In this document: positions 40,458 to 49,663 of the stretch, in pieces
Position numbering within the stretch: the first letter of the stretch is position 1
Layout of the letters: every line of letters starts with the position of its first letter
IMG/VR virus record: IMGVR_UViG_3300010429_001387
Coordinates: 64,001-127,878 of that record
DNA length: 63,878 nucleotides
Source: a virus
Lineage: Duplodnaviria; Heunggongvirae; Uroviricota; Caudoviricetes
Strand: one strand, 5' to 3'
Program-made: the position numbers and the translations under genes
Notes under the pieces: generated by a model
Seen by the model: the letters and a program-made list of their open reading frames with translations, nothing else
Told to the model about the DNA's origin: nothing
Databases searched by the model: none

Positions 40458-40934
40458 TTATTTACAAGATTCTTTAATCCAATGACCTTTTGAATCTCGA
40501 GGCCAATCCTTCATATCTTCTCGAAGACGATCTTTATCACTCGGATTCCATTCATATTGTTGTGTAAATAACAACGGAAATTCCGATATTTCATCCAATG
40601 AACATAAATTCATGTCTTCTTCTGCAACTAAAACAGGTATATTAAACCAGCCAAATTTAACTTGATAGAAAATATGAGATTTTGTAACTTTCAAATAATT
40701 TGGTTCATAGTCTGGTGATCCATCCCAATCATAGGATACCCCGCCACCAATTCGAACACCACTACTTCTTCGACACAACCCAACAATGCGTCCTATTCTA
40801 GGAGCCTTGAAGAATTCTGGTTCCCAATCAATTTGTGCCTTGTCTAGAGTTCGTTCATGTACAGCCCGAACAATAACCCAATCACCAATATCAAACTTCA
40901 GATCATTAAGCTTCATTTTTGATTGCCTTTCCAA
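40458..40934 (-). CDS. hypothetical phage protein
   Basis: tiled ORF. Confidence 0.55.
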   Translation of the reverse strand: MERQSKMKLNDLKFDIGDWVIVRAVHERTLDKAQIDWEPEFFKAPRIGRIVGLCRRSSGVRIGGGVSYDWDGSPDYEPNYLKVTKSHIFYQVKFGWFNIPVLVAEEDMNLCSLDEISEFPLLFTQQYEWNPSDKDRLREDMKDWPRDSKGHWIKESCK

Positions 40935-41772
40935 TAGTATTTTCTAAATCAACAATACTTCCGATCCGGCAATCCTTTACCCAATCATATGCACCTTTCA
41001 CCATCTTAGTATACTTTTCTGAGGGAAAGGTGTCTAACAATTTTGTTACTGCAGAATACTGTCTTGGCTGATTAATGGAGGGCCAAAACTCCCGAAAATC
41101 AATAAACAATTCTTTAGGTACATACTTTTCAATATCATAGCATCCAATATAAACAGGTACTGTGCCTGCTCGAAAACAATTAAGAATCCTCTCCGTTATA
41201 AAACCTGCTGACCAAAATGAATGATATGAACTTTCGAAACAGGCACAGAATTTATATTCTGAAATTTTCTTAAGATGCTTTTCATGACTATGGTGATATG
41301 GAGCTAATACTGCACCTTGATAACAATCTCCTCCCCACTTCCTCGTACAGTAGACATGTCTTTTTAGAGACCCACTAACATTCTGGATGAACTCATTTCT
41401 CAGCCAGTAGATGTCCCCAACACGTCCTGTTCCATACAAATTGTTTAGTATACATACCCCATGAATCTTATTTTCATAGGGAACAAGCTCCGATAACCTT
41501 TCTGGTGGATTACATCCTAAACATCCGTTGACTAATTTCAAATTCAAAACATGCTTATATTGCTGATAGAATTTCGGATTCCACGTAATGATTGTTTGAT
41601 ATTCACGAATTAAATTAAGGTCCCAATTCTCTGGCATTCCAACATATGGTTCCGCTTGCACTAAAACCTTAAATCCATTTGCAGGTGAATTCATTTTTCC
41701 TGCAACAAAAGATTTAACGTTAAATGCAACTTGAGGGTAAGTATCTATAAGTCGTTGCCAATCTTCAGACAT
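40906..41772 (-). CDS. GT10-like (fucosyltransferase-fold) glycosyltransferase
   Basis: YKFCACFESS...FITERILNCFRAGTVPVYIG. Confidence 0.8.
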   Translation of the reverse strand: MSEDWQRLIDTYPQVAFNVKSFVAGKMNSPANGFKVLVQAEPYVGMPENWDLNLIREYQTIITWNPKFYQQYKHVLNLKLVNGCLGCNPPERLSELVPYENKIHGVCILNNLYGTGRVGDIYWLRNEFIQNVSGSLKRHVYCTRKWGGDCYQGAVLAPYHHSHEKHLKKISEYKFCACFESSYHSFWSAGFITERILNCFRAGTVPVYIGCYDIEKYVPKELFIDFREFWPSINQPRQYSAVTKLLDTFPSEKYTKMVKGAYDWVKDCRIGSIVDLENTIGKAIKNEA

Positions 41773-41783
41773 TTCAAAATTCC

Positions 41784-42050
41784 TTAATCATCCAGCAGTG
41801 GGAACCCAAAACGCTTAAGCATATTTTCAGCAATCTGCCCAGCAACTTCTGGATCAATTTCACTTCTCATAACAATTTGAGCAGCTGTTGCCCAAACTGC
41901 TTCAGCAGCCATACGCTTAAGATGTTCACAATTAGGACAATTTGAGGGATGGGCAGAAACACAACCATTATCTTCTAATTTTGCCATTTTCTTTAACCAC
42001 CTCAAAGAATTTGTCATTTTAAAGCTCATGTGATTTCCTTTTGTAAACAA
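41784..42050 (-). CDS. small hypothetical protein
   Basis: tiled ORF; CPNC. Confidence 0.45.
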   Translation of the reverse strand: MFTKGNHMSFKMTNSLRWLKKMAKLEDNGCVSAHPSNCPNCEHLKRMAAEAVWATAAQIVMRSEIDPEVAGQIAENMLKRFGFPLLDD

Positions 42051-42885
42051 CTTTTGCCATTAAGCAAGTTGAATTGTGTTGGCAATATCGTGTTCCAAAT
42101 GTATAATCCTTTTGGTATTTCTCATTAACCAGGTCATATGGACATTGAATGATTTTTCCACCAATAATGTAGTTCGCAAAATGACATTTGTTGTCAACAA
42201 CACCAGGTAATGTACTCTCAAACACTCCTCGTTTGGAAACATGAATTTCCATGTTTCCATCATATCGAGCAAGAAATTTATGAACCAATTCTTTGTATTG
42301 AAGCACCGGCATTGTTAAATCAGTATCATCAAAAAATTCTTGTCGCGGATTATCAAGTTCTCGAAGGCTGGAAATAAAGAAGACCTTACATTTGAAACAC
42401 TTCTCTGCTTCAAATGCAGTTTGTAACAGATCTTCAACTGTTGTCACACGAGACACCATAAAATTTGCATCAAACCGAATATCGGAATTTTCTATAAACC
42501 TTAAATCTTTGTTTGTTGTGGGGCCATAAAATGAGATTCGAATTTTAGTTAAGGCCAGTTCAAATGATTTGAAATTGTGAAGAAAATATCCATTAGTGTA
42601 AATAGTCGTTTTCAACTGATATTTTCGATTAAGGGCTAGCATTTTTAATAATTCAGGATGAAGCAATGGTTCACCACCTAACAAATTTATTTGTTCTCCA
42701 CCCTCACATACAAATTTAGAAATCGCTCTTTCGTACTCCTTCATTGAAATATCAACTTGATCCTTCATTACTTTGCGAGCAAAACATCCTTGACATTTCA
42801 AATTGCAGCGATTTGTTATAAATATCTGCAATGTGTTCCTTCTTGAGACAGGAAGTTCTTCATATTTGTGCCATGGAAATTTCAT
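42019..42885 (-). CDS. radical SAM enzyme with Cys-containing C-terminal (twitch/SPASM-like) region
   Basis: CNLKCQGC, GGEPLL, YTNG, QCPY. Confidence 0.85.
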   Translation of the reverse strand: MKFPWHKYEELPVSRRNTLQIFITNRCNLKCQGCFARKVMKDQVDISMKEYERAISKFVCEGGEQINLLGGEPLLHPELLKMLALNRKYQLKTTIYTNGYFLHNFKSFELALTKIRISFYGPTTNKDLRFIENSDIRFDANFMVSRVTTVEDLLQTAFEAEKCFKCKVFFISSLRELDNPRQEFFDDTDLTMPVLQYKELVHKFLARYDGNMEIHVSKRGVFESTLPGVVDNKCHFANYIIGGKIIQCPYDLVNEKYQKDYTFGTRYCQHNSTCLMAKVVYKRKSHEL

Positions 42886-43718
42886 TTACCTTCACCCCAA
42901 TTTTTATTCTTGTTGCGGAAATAATCATCCGGACTTTTCTGAATAAACAATTGCCTCATCTTCACTAAATTGTCCGGTGTACAATCCCCTGCTCGTGGAT
43001 GCCAAGGATGTATTGCACAGCATGAATAATCCGGCACTAAATCAACTCCAATGTTATACAATCGACAAAAAACGTCGCTGTCCTCAAAACCATAATGTGT
43101 ATATTCCTCGTCATATCCTCCAATATACGGAAATAGAGAGGTTTTACAAGCAAATGCATAGTGAAAATAAGATGTGGGATTTACTCGACCATCAGCCCCT
43201 ACAATAATTTCCTTAAGTTCATAGACATTACGAACAATAGGCATTTCAATCAATCTGGTTGGAGCACATGTTTCAATGATCTTTTGAGGACCAGCTTGTT
43301 GCATTTGTTGAGTTTGTTCTTCATTAAGAACATAGATTTTTCCTGCTCTCCACGCATTGCGAAAATGGATAGTGTTGTAAATGAAATCACCCTCAATTAC
43401 AACTTCTCCATCCTTTTGGCAAACTAATTCACTCTCACATCTCTTGAGAAAATAGTTCCGAACAAATGCCCCGTTACGCGGAGATTTATCATCCCGAATG
43501 ATGTTAAAGTATCGAACATTTTTACCATGATACTTCTGCCAATCAAAAGGTATTCCATCATTCCCAATTACAATAAGATAATCCTTCGGATCAATTTTAG
43601 TTTTGATTTGATTGATCGAGAATTCTGTTAATTCTGGATGATTAAAGTTAGGCATAAAAACGACAAGCTTCTTAGATCGCGTTTCTGCCCAATCAAAATT
43701 ACATCCGACTTGGAACAT
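42882..43718 (-). CDS. GT2 / GT7-C-like glycosyltransferase
   Basis: GGYDEEYTHYGFEDSD; HPWH. Confidence 0.8.
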   Translation of the reverse strand: MFQVGCNFDWAETRSKKLVVFMPNFNHPELTEFSINQIKTKIDPKDYLIVIGNDGIPFDWQKYHGKNVRYFNIIRDDKSPRNGAFVRNYFLKRCESELVCQKDGEVVIEGDFIYNTIHFRNAWRAGKIYVLNEEQTQQMQQAGPQKIIETCAPTRLIEMPIVRNVYELKEIIVGADGRVNPTSYFHYAFACKTSLFPYIGGYDEEYTHYGFEDSDVFCRLYNIGVDLVPDYSCCAIHPWHPRAGDCTPDNLVKMRQLFIQKSPDDYFRNKNKNWGEGK

Positions 43719-43727
43719 TAGAAATCC

Positions 43728-44585
43728 TTAAACGGAAATATTGTTGTTAACTCTGTGGATTAACCAACTAACAATATTGTCAAATTTGTGATAGTTTTCT
43801 TCTGTGACTTCTCTTTGGTACTGCCCTGCCGATATAGCACCCCCATACCAATGTATCCCAATAACTACCGGATTTCGAACAACCTCAGCCATAAATCGAC
43901 CAGCTGGTTCTACACAAATATGGTTTGCGGCTCTTGTTGGATAAACCATATTATTGTCAAAATTAAACAGATTAGGGTCTTTATCAAAATGAGCATCATT
44001 CAACAATGTTTTATAGAATGTTGATCCAGCTGATTGATATTGAGTTGTATCTAAATTTTGCTTAACCCCATCAAATAACATCCGATAGTATTTATTCCCA
44101 GGAGCACCTGCTAAAAATCCAATGGCGTGGAATTTCGGATCGGACCCAAACTGTGTCGGACCACCACGTCGCCAACAAAAATATGCTTGATGATTTGTCT
44201 GCTTCAACGTATGGGTTAATGGACGAAAGAACAGGATATCACTATCACTCCAAAGCCCACCAACAGTTGAAAGCAAATACAATCGGATAATATCAGATTT
44301 GATGACTTCTGAAAGATCATTTGAAAATCCTATTGACTCCATATCAAACGGAGCAATTTTCACACCCAACGATTCCAAACGATCAGAATAGTCTTTTACC
44401 CCGTCAAACCCTTCTTTGTTTTCCCATGTGGTCCAAGTCTGTTTAGTTGTTAATTGTGTTGGAACATATAGAACAACTTTCCAATCAGGATTATATTGAA
44501 GGAAAGACTTGAAGCACATATATCGGAGATATGGCACTACTGGTGCTCCCCAATATAAGAATGCTACTTTTGGTATATTTTTCAT
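43728..44585 (-). CDS. GT32-like DXD glycosyltransferase
   Basis: IPKVAFLYW; SDIIRLYLLSTVGGLWSDSD. Confidence 0.8.
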   Translation of the reverse strand: MKNIPKVAFLYWGAPVVPYLRYMCFKSFLQYNPDWKVVLYVPTQLTTKQTWTTWENKEGFDGVKDYSDRLESLGVKIAPFDMESIGFSNDLSEVIKSDIIRLYLLSTVGGLWSDSDILFFRPLTHTLKQTNHQAYFCWRRGGPTQFGSDPKFHAIGFLAGAPGNKYYRMLFDGVKQNLDTTQYQSAGSTFYKTLLNDAHFDKDPNLFNFDNNMVYPTRAANHICVEPAGRFMAEVVRNPVVIGIHWYGGAISAGQYQREVTEENYHKFDNIVSWLIHRVNNNISV

Positions 44586-45021
44586 ACTACTTTACCCACC
44601 ATTTGATTTTCACTTTCTCTACCATAAATCTTGTATATGTGCCGGGAAAGTTTGATCTTTATTTACACCACGTTGACACTCACAATTTACAATTCTATTA
44701 CCACATATTACAAATTGTTCATCGTGACAAATGGGACATCGTATGGATTCAATTTTAGTTCCGTCTGATTTCTCACCCATTATTTAATCTTCTCCTTTTA
44801 CACATCATATATGTTGAAAGGGGAACATGCCCTTTAAGAACTTGAATCCACCACCAAGCCCAGTATCTTTTCAATTGCTTCATGATTTTTCCTTTTTCCA
44901 AAGTCGCTGAACTTCACTATTAAACTTTAGTTTAAAATCAACATCAAATTCTTCCCAATATCTATTCAAAAACCAAATCGCTCGAAATGTGTTGATTTTC
45001 ATCCATATCCAGCCCAACATA

Positions 45022-45792
45022 TTATTTTCTCCAATCCCAAGATATTTCACCATGAAGTATTTGATTGTACAGTATACGATTTTTCTCCCACAAAGGACAC
45101 CCTCCTCGTAAAGCGGGATTTTTTGAATGCCATTGATGTACGACAAAAGCTTTTTCAACAGGAGGAGTTTGAATTTGCAGTTTCAATTTTTTGATAGCAT
45201 TAACAAAAGCATTGTCCTCAAAACAATAACCATTTGCAAATCGTTCATCAAAACCACCAATTCTATTTAAATTGTACTGGGTTAAGGCTGAAGTAAAGTG
45301 ATAATTAGTCGAATTATGCTCAGGATGATGATACCACATTTTGGAATTCATAGCATAAATTTTTGACCAATCTTTAATATCAGATATACACATTTTCTCA
45401 AAACATTCTTTAGTTGAAGCATATGCTGCAAACGTTAAATAATTTTTATCTGTTACTTGTTCACGAACAATGTCAACAACTGGACCAATGTGAGCACATT
45501 CTGAATTCTGAATTATAACAATATCACTAACAACGGATTTGAATCCAATATTGTAAGGTGAGCCAGGATTGACCCAATGTTTGTTTTCTGGTTTGATATA
45601 AATCAAAAATCCAGGAACTTTTGCTTCTTTAATCACTTGTTTTGCAGATAAATTAGAATCGCTTGCATCATCTACAACAATTATTTGTAAATCGGAAGTG
45701 TTAACATTATTATAATATTTTATTGATTTCAGCGTGTTTAACAACTGAGCAGGACGATTATAATATGTCATGACTATCGAAACCGAACGCAT
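45022..45792 (-). CDS. GT2 glycosyltransferase
   Basis: SIVMTYYNR, IVVDDAS, GGFDERF..GYCFEDN, HQWH. Confidence 0.85.
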   Translation of the reverse strand: MRSVSIVMTYYNRPAQLLNTLKSIKYYNNVNTSDLQIIVVDDASDSNLSAKQVIKEAKVPGFLIYIKPENKHWVNPGSPYNIGFKSVVSDIVIIQNSECAHIGPVVDIVREQVTDKNYLTFAAYASTKECFEKMCISDIKDWSKIYAMNSKMWYHHPEHNSTNYHFTSALTQYNLNRIGGFDERFANGYCFEDNAFVNAIKKLKLQIQTPPVEKAFVVHQWHSKNPALRGGCPLWEKNRILYNQILHGEISWDWRK

Positions 45793-46466
45793 TATATATT
45801 CCTGAAATCAACGTATTGGATATAGTCATTTAATCTGCTAATGTGACTACAACTAAAGACATTTATTTTCAAATCCTTTGTAATATAGCTCAAAGCTTGT
45901 TCATATGGAATTAAAAATTCCTCCAACTTTTTATTATACGTTTTATGATCTCGAGGCACATAATCATGATGTGAATGGGTTTCCTTTCCTCGTGTACAAA
46001 AATCTAACCCAAACAAATATATATTCTTATATCCTAAAATAACTGCTAATTGCAAAGCTGCATAACCTGATTCGCTACCACAATGAAACTCTTCAAAATT
46101 TCTTCCAATACCTCCATAAGCATAGGTAAATACAATTTTATCAAACAAGGTTAAATCATATATCAATTTATGCTGTCGATCTTCAATATGATGATCATCA
46201 ATTATATGTAGACGATCTCCGCTGAATGTTACAACAAAGATTTTTTCGGCAAGGTGATTTTGAAATTTTGTTCGGTTGGCGTGACGTTTGGAACTAACAT
46301 GACTTTTATGTAGCCATGTACCATCAATCGTTATGAAATACTTTGCTTTAGGTAATCGAAAAATCGATTGGTTTATTGCAATAGAATCTTTGTCATCGAA
46401 GATTTTATAGTTAAATTCTGGGGATAGAGATGGCCCTGAACCAACTATAAAACAGGTGTCTTGCAT
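45792..46466 (-). CDS. DUF115 / Maf-like (sialyltransferase-type fold) protein
   Basis: FIVGSGPSL, IAINQ, SGYAALQLAVILGYKNIYLFGLDF...HSH. Confidence 0.7.
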   Translation of the reverse strand: MQDTCFIVGSGPSLSPEFNYKIFDDKDSIAINQSIFRLPKAKYFITIDGTWLHKSHVSSKRHANRTKFQNHLAEKIFVVTFSGDRLHIIDDHHIEDRQHKLIYDLTLFDKIVFTYAYGGIGRNFEEFHCGSESGYAALQLAVILGYKNIYLFGLDFCTRGKETHSHHDYVPRDHKTYNKKLEEFLIPYEQALSYITKDLKINVFSCSHISRLNDYIQYVDFRNI

Positions 46467-46477
46467 TTTCTCTTTCT

Positions 46478-47215
46478 CTATTTGTTTAAAAACGTTTTAA
46501 TATCAGATTTTGGGTAGTTTTGCAACAAACTTTTTTCACTTAAGTTTATAACTTGGATTCCTAAATTTTCAAAACCCGAAGCAAACGCATCAATTGTATT
46601 TCGAAACTTAATTAACTTCTTTGCTAAATTCTCGGGATTTTGATTTTTATATCCATCATGAAAATGGGTTTTGTTTTTCTCAACGTAAAAATCAAATCCT
46701 AATAATCCAATTCGTTTACTCCCCAAAGCGGCTGCAAGCATCATGGCTCCAAATCCAGAATTGTCTCCTGGATAGATTCCCATGCTTAAATCAAACGAAA
46801 ATCCCTTTTGTGGAAGAGCATTCACATAGTAAACATCTGAGGCAAATCGCTCTTGTTTGTGGCGAACAAAAACCTTGATACCTCGATAGGATTTCCAAGC
46901 AATATATATATCATGGTTTGGTTTGTCCACACCTGGGTCATAATTAACTAAATCAAAAAACACATTATCCATCGCATAGTTTATTTCTGCGGGATAGGTT
47001 AAAAACGATTTGTTAATTCCAATTACTTTAGATCCTTGTAGCCACCGCCAATCAAAAGCACTAAGACTTGGGCCACCACCAATAATAAAACAACTTTGAT
47101 CTTGCCAACAACCTGAATTCAATATTTTGGTAATTGGTTGGGCCAAACATTCTTTATGCACCAATTTAACTTGGGATACCTTGCTACCTTTGGAATGATT
47201 AATTAGATTTCCCAT
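46478..47215 (-). CDS. DUF115 / Maf-like protein, second paralog
   Basis: FIIGGGPSL, IGINK, NSGFGAMMLAAALGSKRIGLLGFDF...HFH. Confidence 0.7.
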   Translation of the reverse strand: MGNLINHSKGSKVSQVKLVHKECLAQPITKILNSGCWQDQSCFIIGGGPSLSAFDWRWLQGSKVIGINKSFLTYPAEINYAMDNVFFDLVNYDPGVDKPNHDIYIAWKSYRGIKVFVRHKQERFASDVYYVNALPQKGFSFDLSMGIYPGDNSGFGAMMLAAALGSKRIGLLGFDFYVEKNKTHFHDGYKNQNPENLAKKLIKFRNTIDAFASGFENLGIQVINLSEKSLLQNYPKSDIKTFLNK

Positions 47216-48375
47216 TATTTCAATTCAACTGCTTGGAGATATCGTTTATATATCGATCCAGATTGTGTAATATTTGCTTGAGATCTATACCATTGGAGAT
47301 CAATAGTATGTGTTCCAGCAGAAAGATTTGCATAAAAATTAATATTCCATTCAATCATTCCTTGATCATCACCTGTTTCCAATTCCCTAGTAAACTGCAC
47401 AGAACCATTTATTCTTAATCGAAAGTCATTATAGTATCCACCACCAGGCCAGTACATATTCACACTCCCAACAATATGTACTAATCCACCTGTTGTAGTA
47501 ATGTTTAATGTCATATTGGGTATTGTTGCCCAAGCTGCTGTTGAATATGAAACATCATTTGTTCCAGTTGATTCGATAAAATTATTGGTGGATTGCTGAG
47601 GATAGGCTAAAAAGGCTCTTGCATCCGTAATGCGATCCCAAGTTATATTTGTATCACCATTTACCAATCTAACTTCCGCAAGCACTAGCTTATTCGCGTA
47701 TGAGGGAGCTGACGGAGAAACAGCTGCCGTGCCCTGTTGAATTTGAATATCACCATCTGCATCTACATACACAAGGTCTATCCGAGAATTGGGGGAACTA
47801 GGAGCAGTAAAAGGACCAACTTTTTGATCACCCACCACAACTTTAGCTGTTCCTGTATTAACAATACCTCCTCGAACTCGAACATAGAGCTCCGTGTCTG
47901 GTGTTGCTTCAACAGACAAACATCGGCTTAACATTCCCGGAAATGTTCGCTCCGAATAATCGAAACTGCTTAATGTGGATCCAACGAAAACACATTTTCC
48001 GATGACCACATCATTTTGTTGCTTAGCTGATAATGATGCTATCGCATGAATATCAACATAATTAGTGACAAGTGCTTCATATGCCCAGCGTAACACTAAA
48101 TATGGAGTAGCAGAGGAAATAGCTCCCGAATTTAAAGTGGAAGAATTTAATGTTGCTGCTGCAGCAGTATGCACCGAAATTTGGTTTGACCCATCACTAA
48201 TTGCCGCATCAAACGTACTCAGCGTTACCTCCGAATTGGAAACTTTTGTTAAATACCCCCCATTATATATTCCAGGAGGCAGAATATTCAACATTTGTTT
48301 GCCAAAATTCGCTCCAGTAGCTTCAAGGAAATACGAAAAATTAATTGATTGTGTTCCATGATTCGTTGCACCCAT
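47215..48375 (-). CDS. tail fibre / baseplate-associated structural protein, paralog 2
   Basis: position after baseplate genes; GIYNGGYL, RIDLVYVD, KLVLAEV shared with upstream paralog. Confidence 0.65.
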   Translation of the reverse strand: MGATNHGTQSINFSYFLEATGANFGKQMLNILPPGIYNGGYLTKVSNSEVTLSTFDAAISDGSNQISVHTAAAATLNSSTLNSGAISSATPYLVLRWAYEALVTNYVDIHAIASLSAKQQNDVVIGKCVFVGSTLSSFDYSERTFPGMLSRCLSVEATPDTELYVRVRGGIVNTGTAKVVVGDQKVGPFTAPSSPNSRIDLVYVDADGDIQIQQGTAAVSPSAPSYANKLVLAEVRLVNGDTNITWDRITDARAFLAYPQQSTNNFIESTGTNDVSYSTAAWATIPNMTLNITTTGGLVHIVGSVNMYWPGGGYYNDFRLRINGSVQFTRELETGDDQGMIEWNINFYANLSAGTHTIDLQWYRSQANITQSGSIYKRYLQAVELK

Positions 48376-48386
48376 TGCTATATCCT

Positions 48387-49652
48387 TTATTGTCTGCTAA
48401 TGTTTAATGAACAATGTACAACTTTGCTTCGGCGAGATGATCCATTGCTTGTTAATGCTTCTAATTGTAATGTGGAATTTGAGGCTGGAACAATACACAC
48501 AGATCCAGATAAGGTCAAATTTATGAGGTCTGTTACTGCCCCATCATCATGTAATTTTCTCGAAACGTTGTTGTCATCATCTTTTAATTCCCAAGATAGA
48601 TCTCCCGTTAGTACACGAATCCTTAACCCACAATACATTGGATACGAATCACTGATATATCGAAAAATTGCCGAGAATGAAACTTGATACATGTATCCAG
48701 CCGTCAATGTAACAACACTACTTGTTTGTGAAATCCCAGAAGCTTTTGCCTGAGTTAACGACAATTTTGTCCACGAACTTTGTGCACTACATTGCTCTGT
48801 TGTACTATACATTACAAGATATTTTGGATCAATGGTTTTTAATAGCCCAGCTGAACTTAATTCTATAGTTGTATCATCCACTTCCATTGGGCGAGCAGAA
48901 ACAAACATTCGTTTGTCTTTAATATTTTCTGCCTCAATCGTCGTTGCTGTCGAAGCTAATGTCACTTCAGCCAAAACTAATTTTCCATTGTATGCGGGAG
49001 CAACTGGAGAAGCTGCTGCAGTTCCAGAAGTGTCAATTTTAATTGTACCATCCGAAGTATCAACATAAACCAAATACACTTTGCTGTTAGATGCCGGAAG
49101 AGTGAAATAATCCGTCTGCTGTAAAGGAATATTATATGTCTGACTTCCTACCTGAACTTTACCGGGATTAACCCAAACTCGTAAATCTGTTTCGATCGGA
49201 GGCAGGACTTTCAAATTCAATGCTTGCACATTTGGATGACTTCTAGGATAATCCGTATCCTCATAATCAAATCCAATTAGTGTTGCACCCCCTGAGAAGG
49301 AACATTTCCCAACAATCAAATCTTCCTCCAAAATGGAACCTGCTCCAACTGCCAACAATTCCATATAATCTGTTACTGCTCCAGTATATGTCCATCGGAG
49401 CACAATATATGGAATAGAAGATCCAACCAGCAGATTAACAGCTGTTGTCGTCTCTACCCGGATTTGATTTCTTCCACTAGCAATTGAACAAACTAATGGG
49501 GAAATCGAAGCATGTGAACTATCCACAACAGACAAATACCCACCTTGATAAATTCCTGTGGGTTCAATATTTACCTGTCGGCGATTGATTTCAGTTGAGT
49601 TTCCCACAGATCCATATCGCAAGCTTTGGTTTGCATTTCCTTGTTCGGGCAT
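48387..49652 (-). CDS. tail fibre / baseplate-associated structural protein, paralog 1
   Basis: GIYQGGYL, VYLVYVD, KLVLAEV. Confidence 0.65.
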   Translation of the reverse strand: MPEQGNANQSLRYGSVGNSTEINRRQVNIEPTGIYQGGYLSVVDSSHASISPLVCSIASGRNQIRVETTTAVNLLVGSSIPYIVLRWTYTGAVTDYMELLAVGAGSILEEDLIVGKCSFSGGATLIGFDYEDTDYPRSHPNVQALNLKVLPPIETDLRVWVNPGKVQVGSQTYNIPLQQTDYFTLPASNSKVYLVYVDTSDGTIKIDTSGTAAASPVAPAYNGKLVLAEVTLASTATTIEAENIKDKRMFVSARPMEVDDTTIELSSAGLLKTIDPKYLVMYSTTEQCSAQSSWTKLSLTQAKASGISQTSSVVTLTAGYMYQVSFSAIFRYISDSYPMYCGLRIRVLTGDLSWELKDDDNNVSRKLHDDGAVTDLINLTLSGSVCIVPASNSTLQLEALTSNGSSRRSKVVHCSLNISRQ

Positions 49653-49663
49653 TTTAAATCCTT

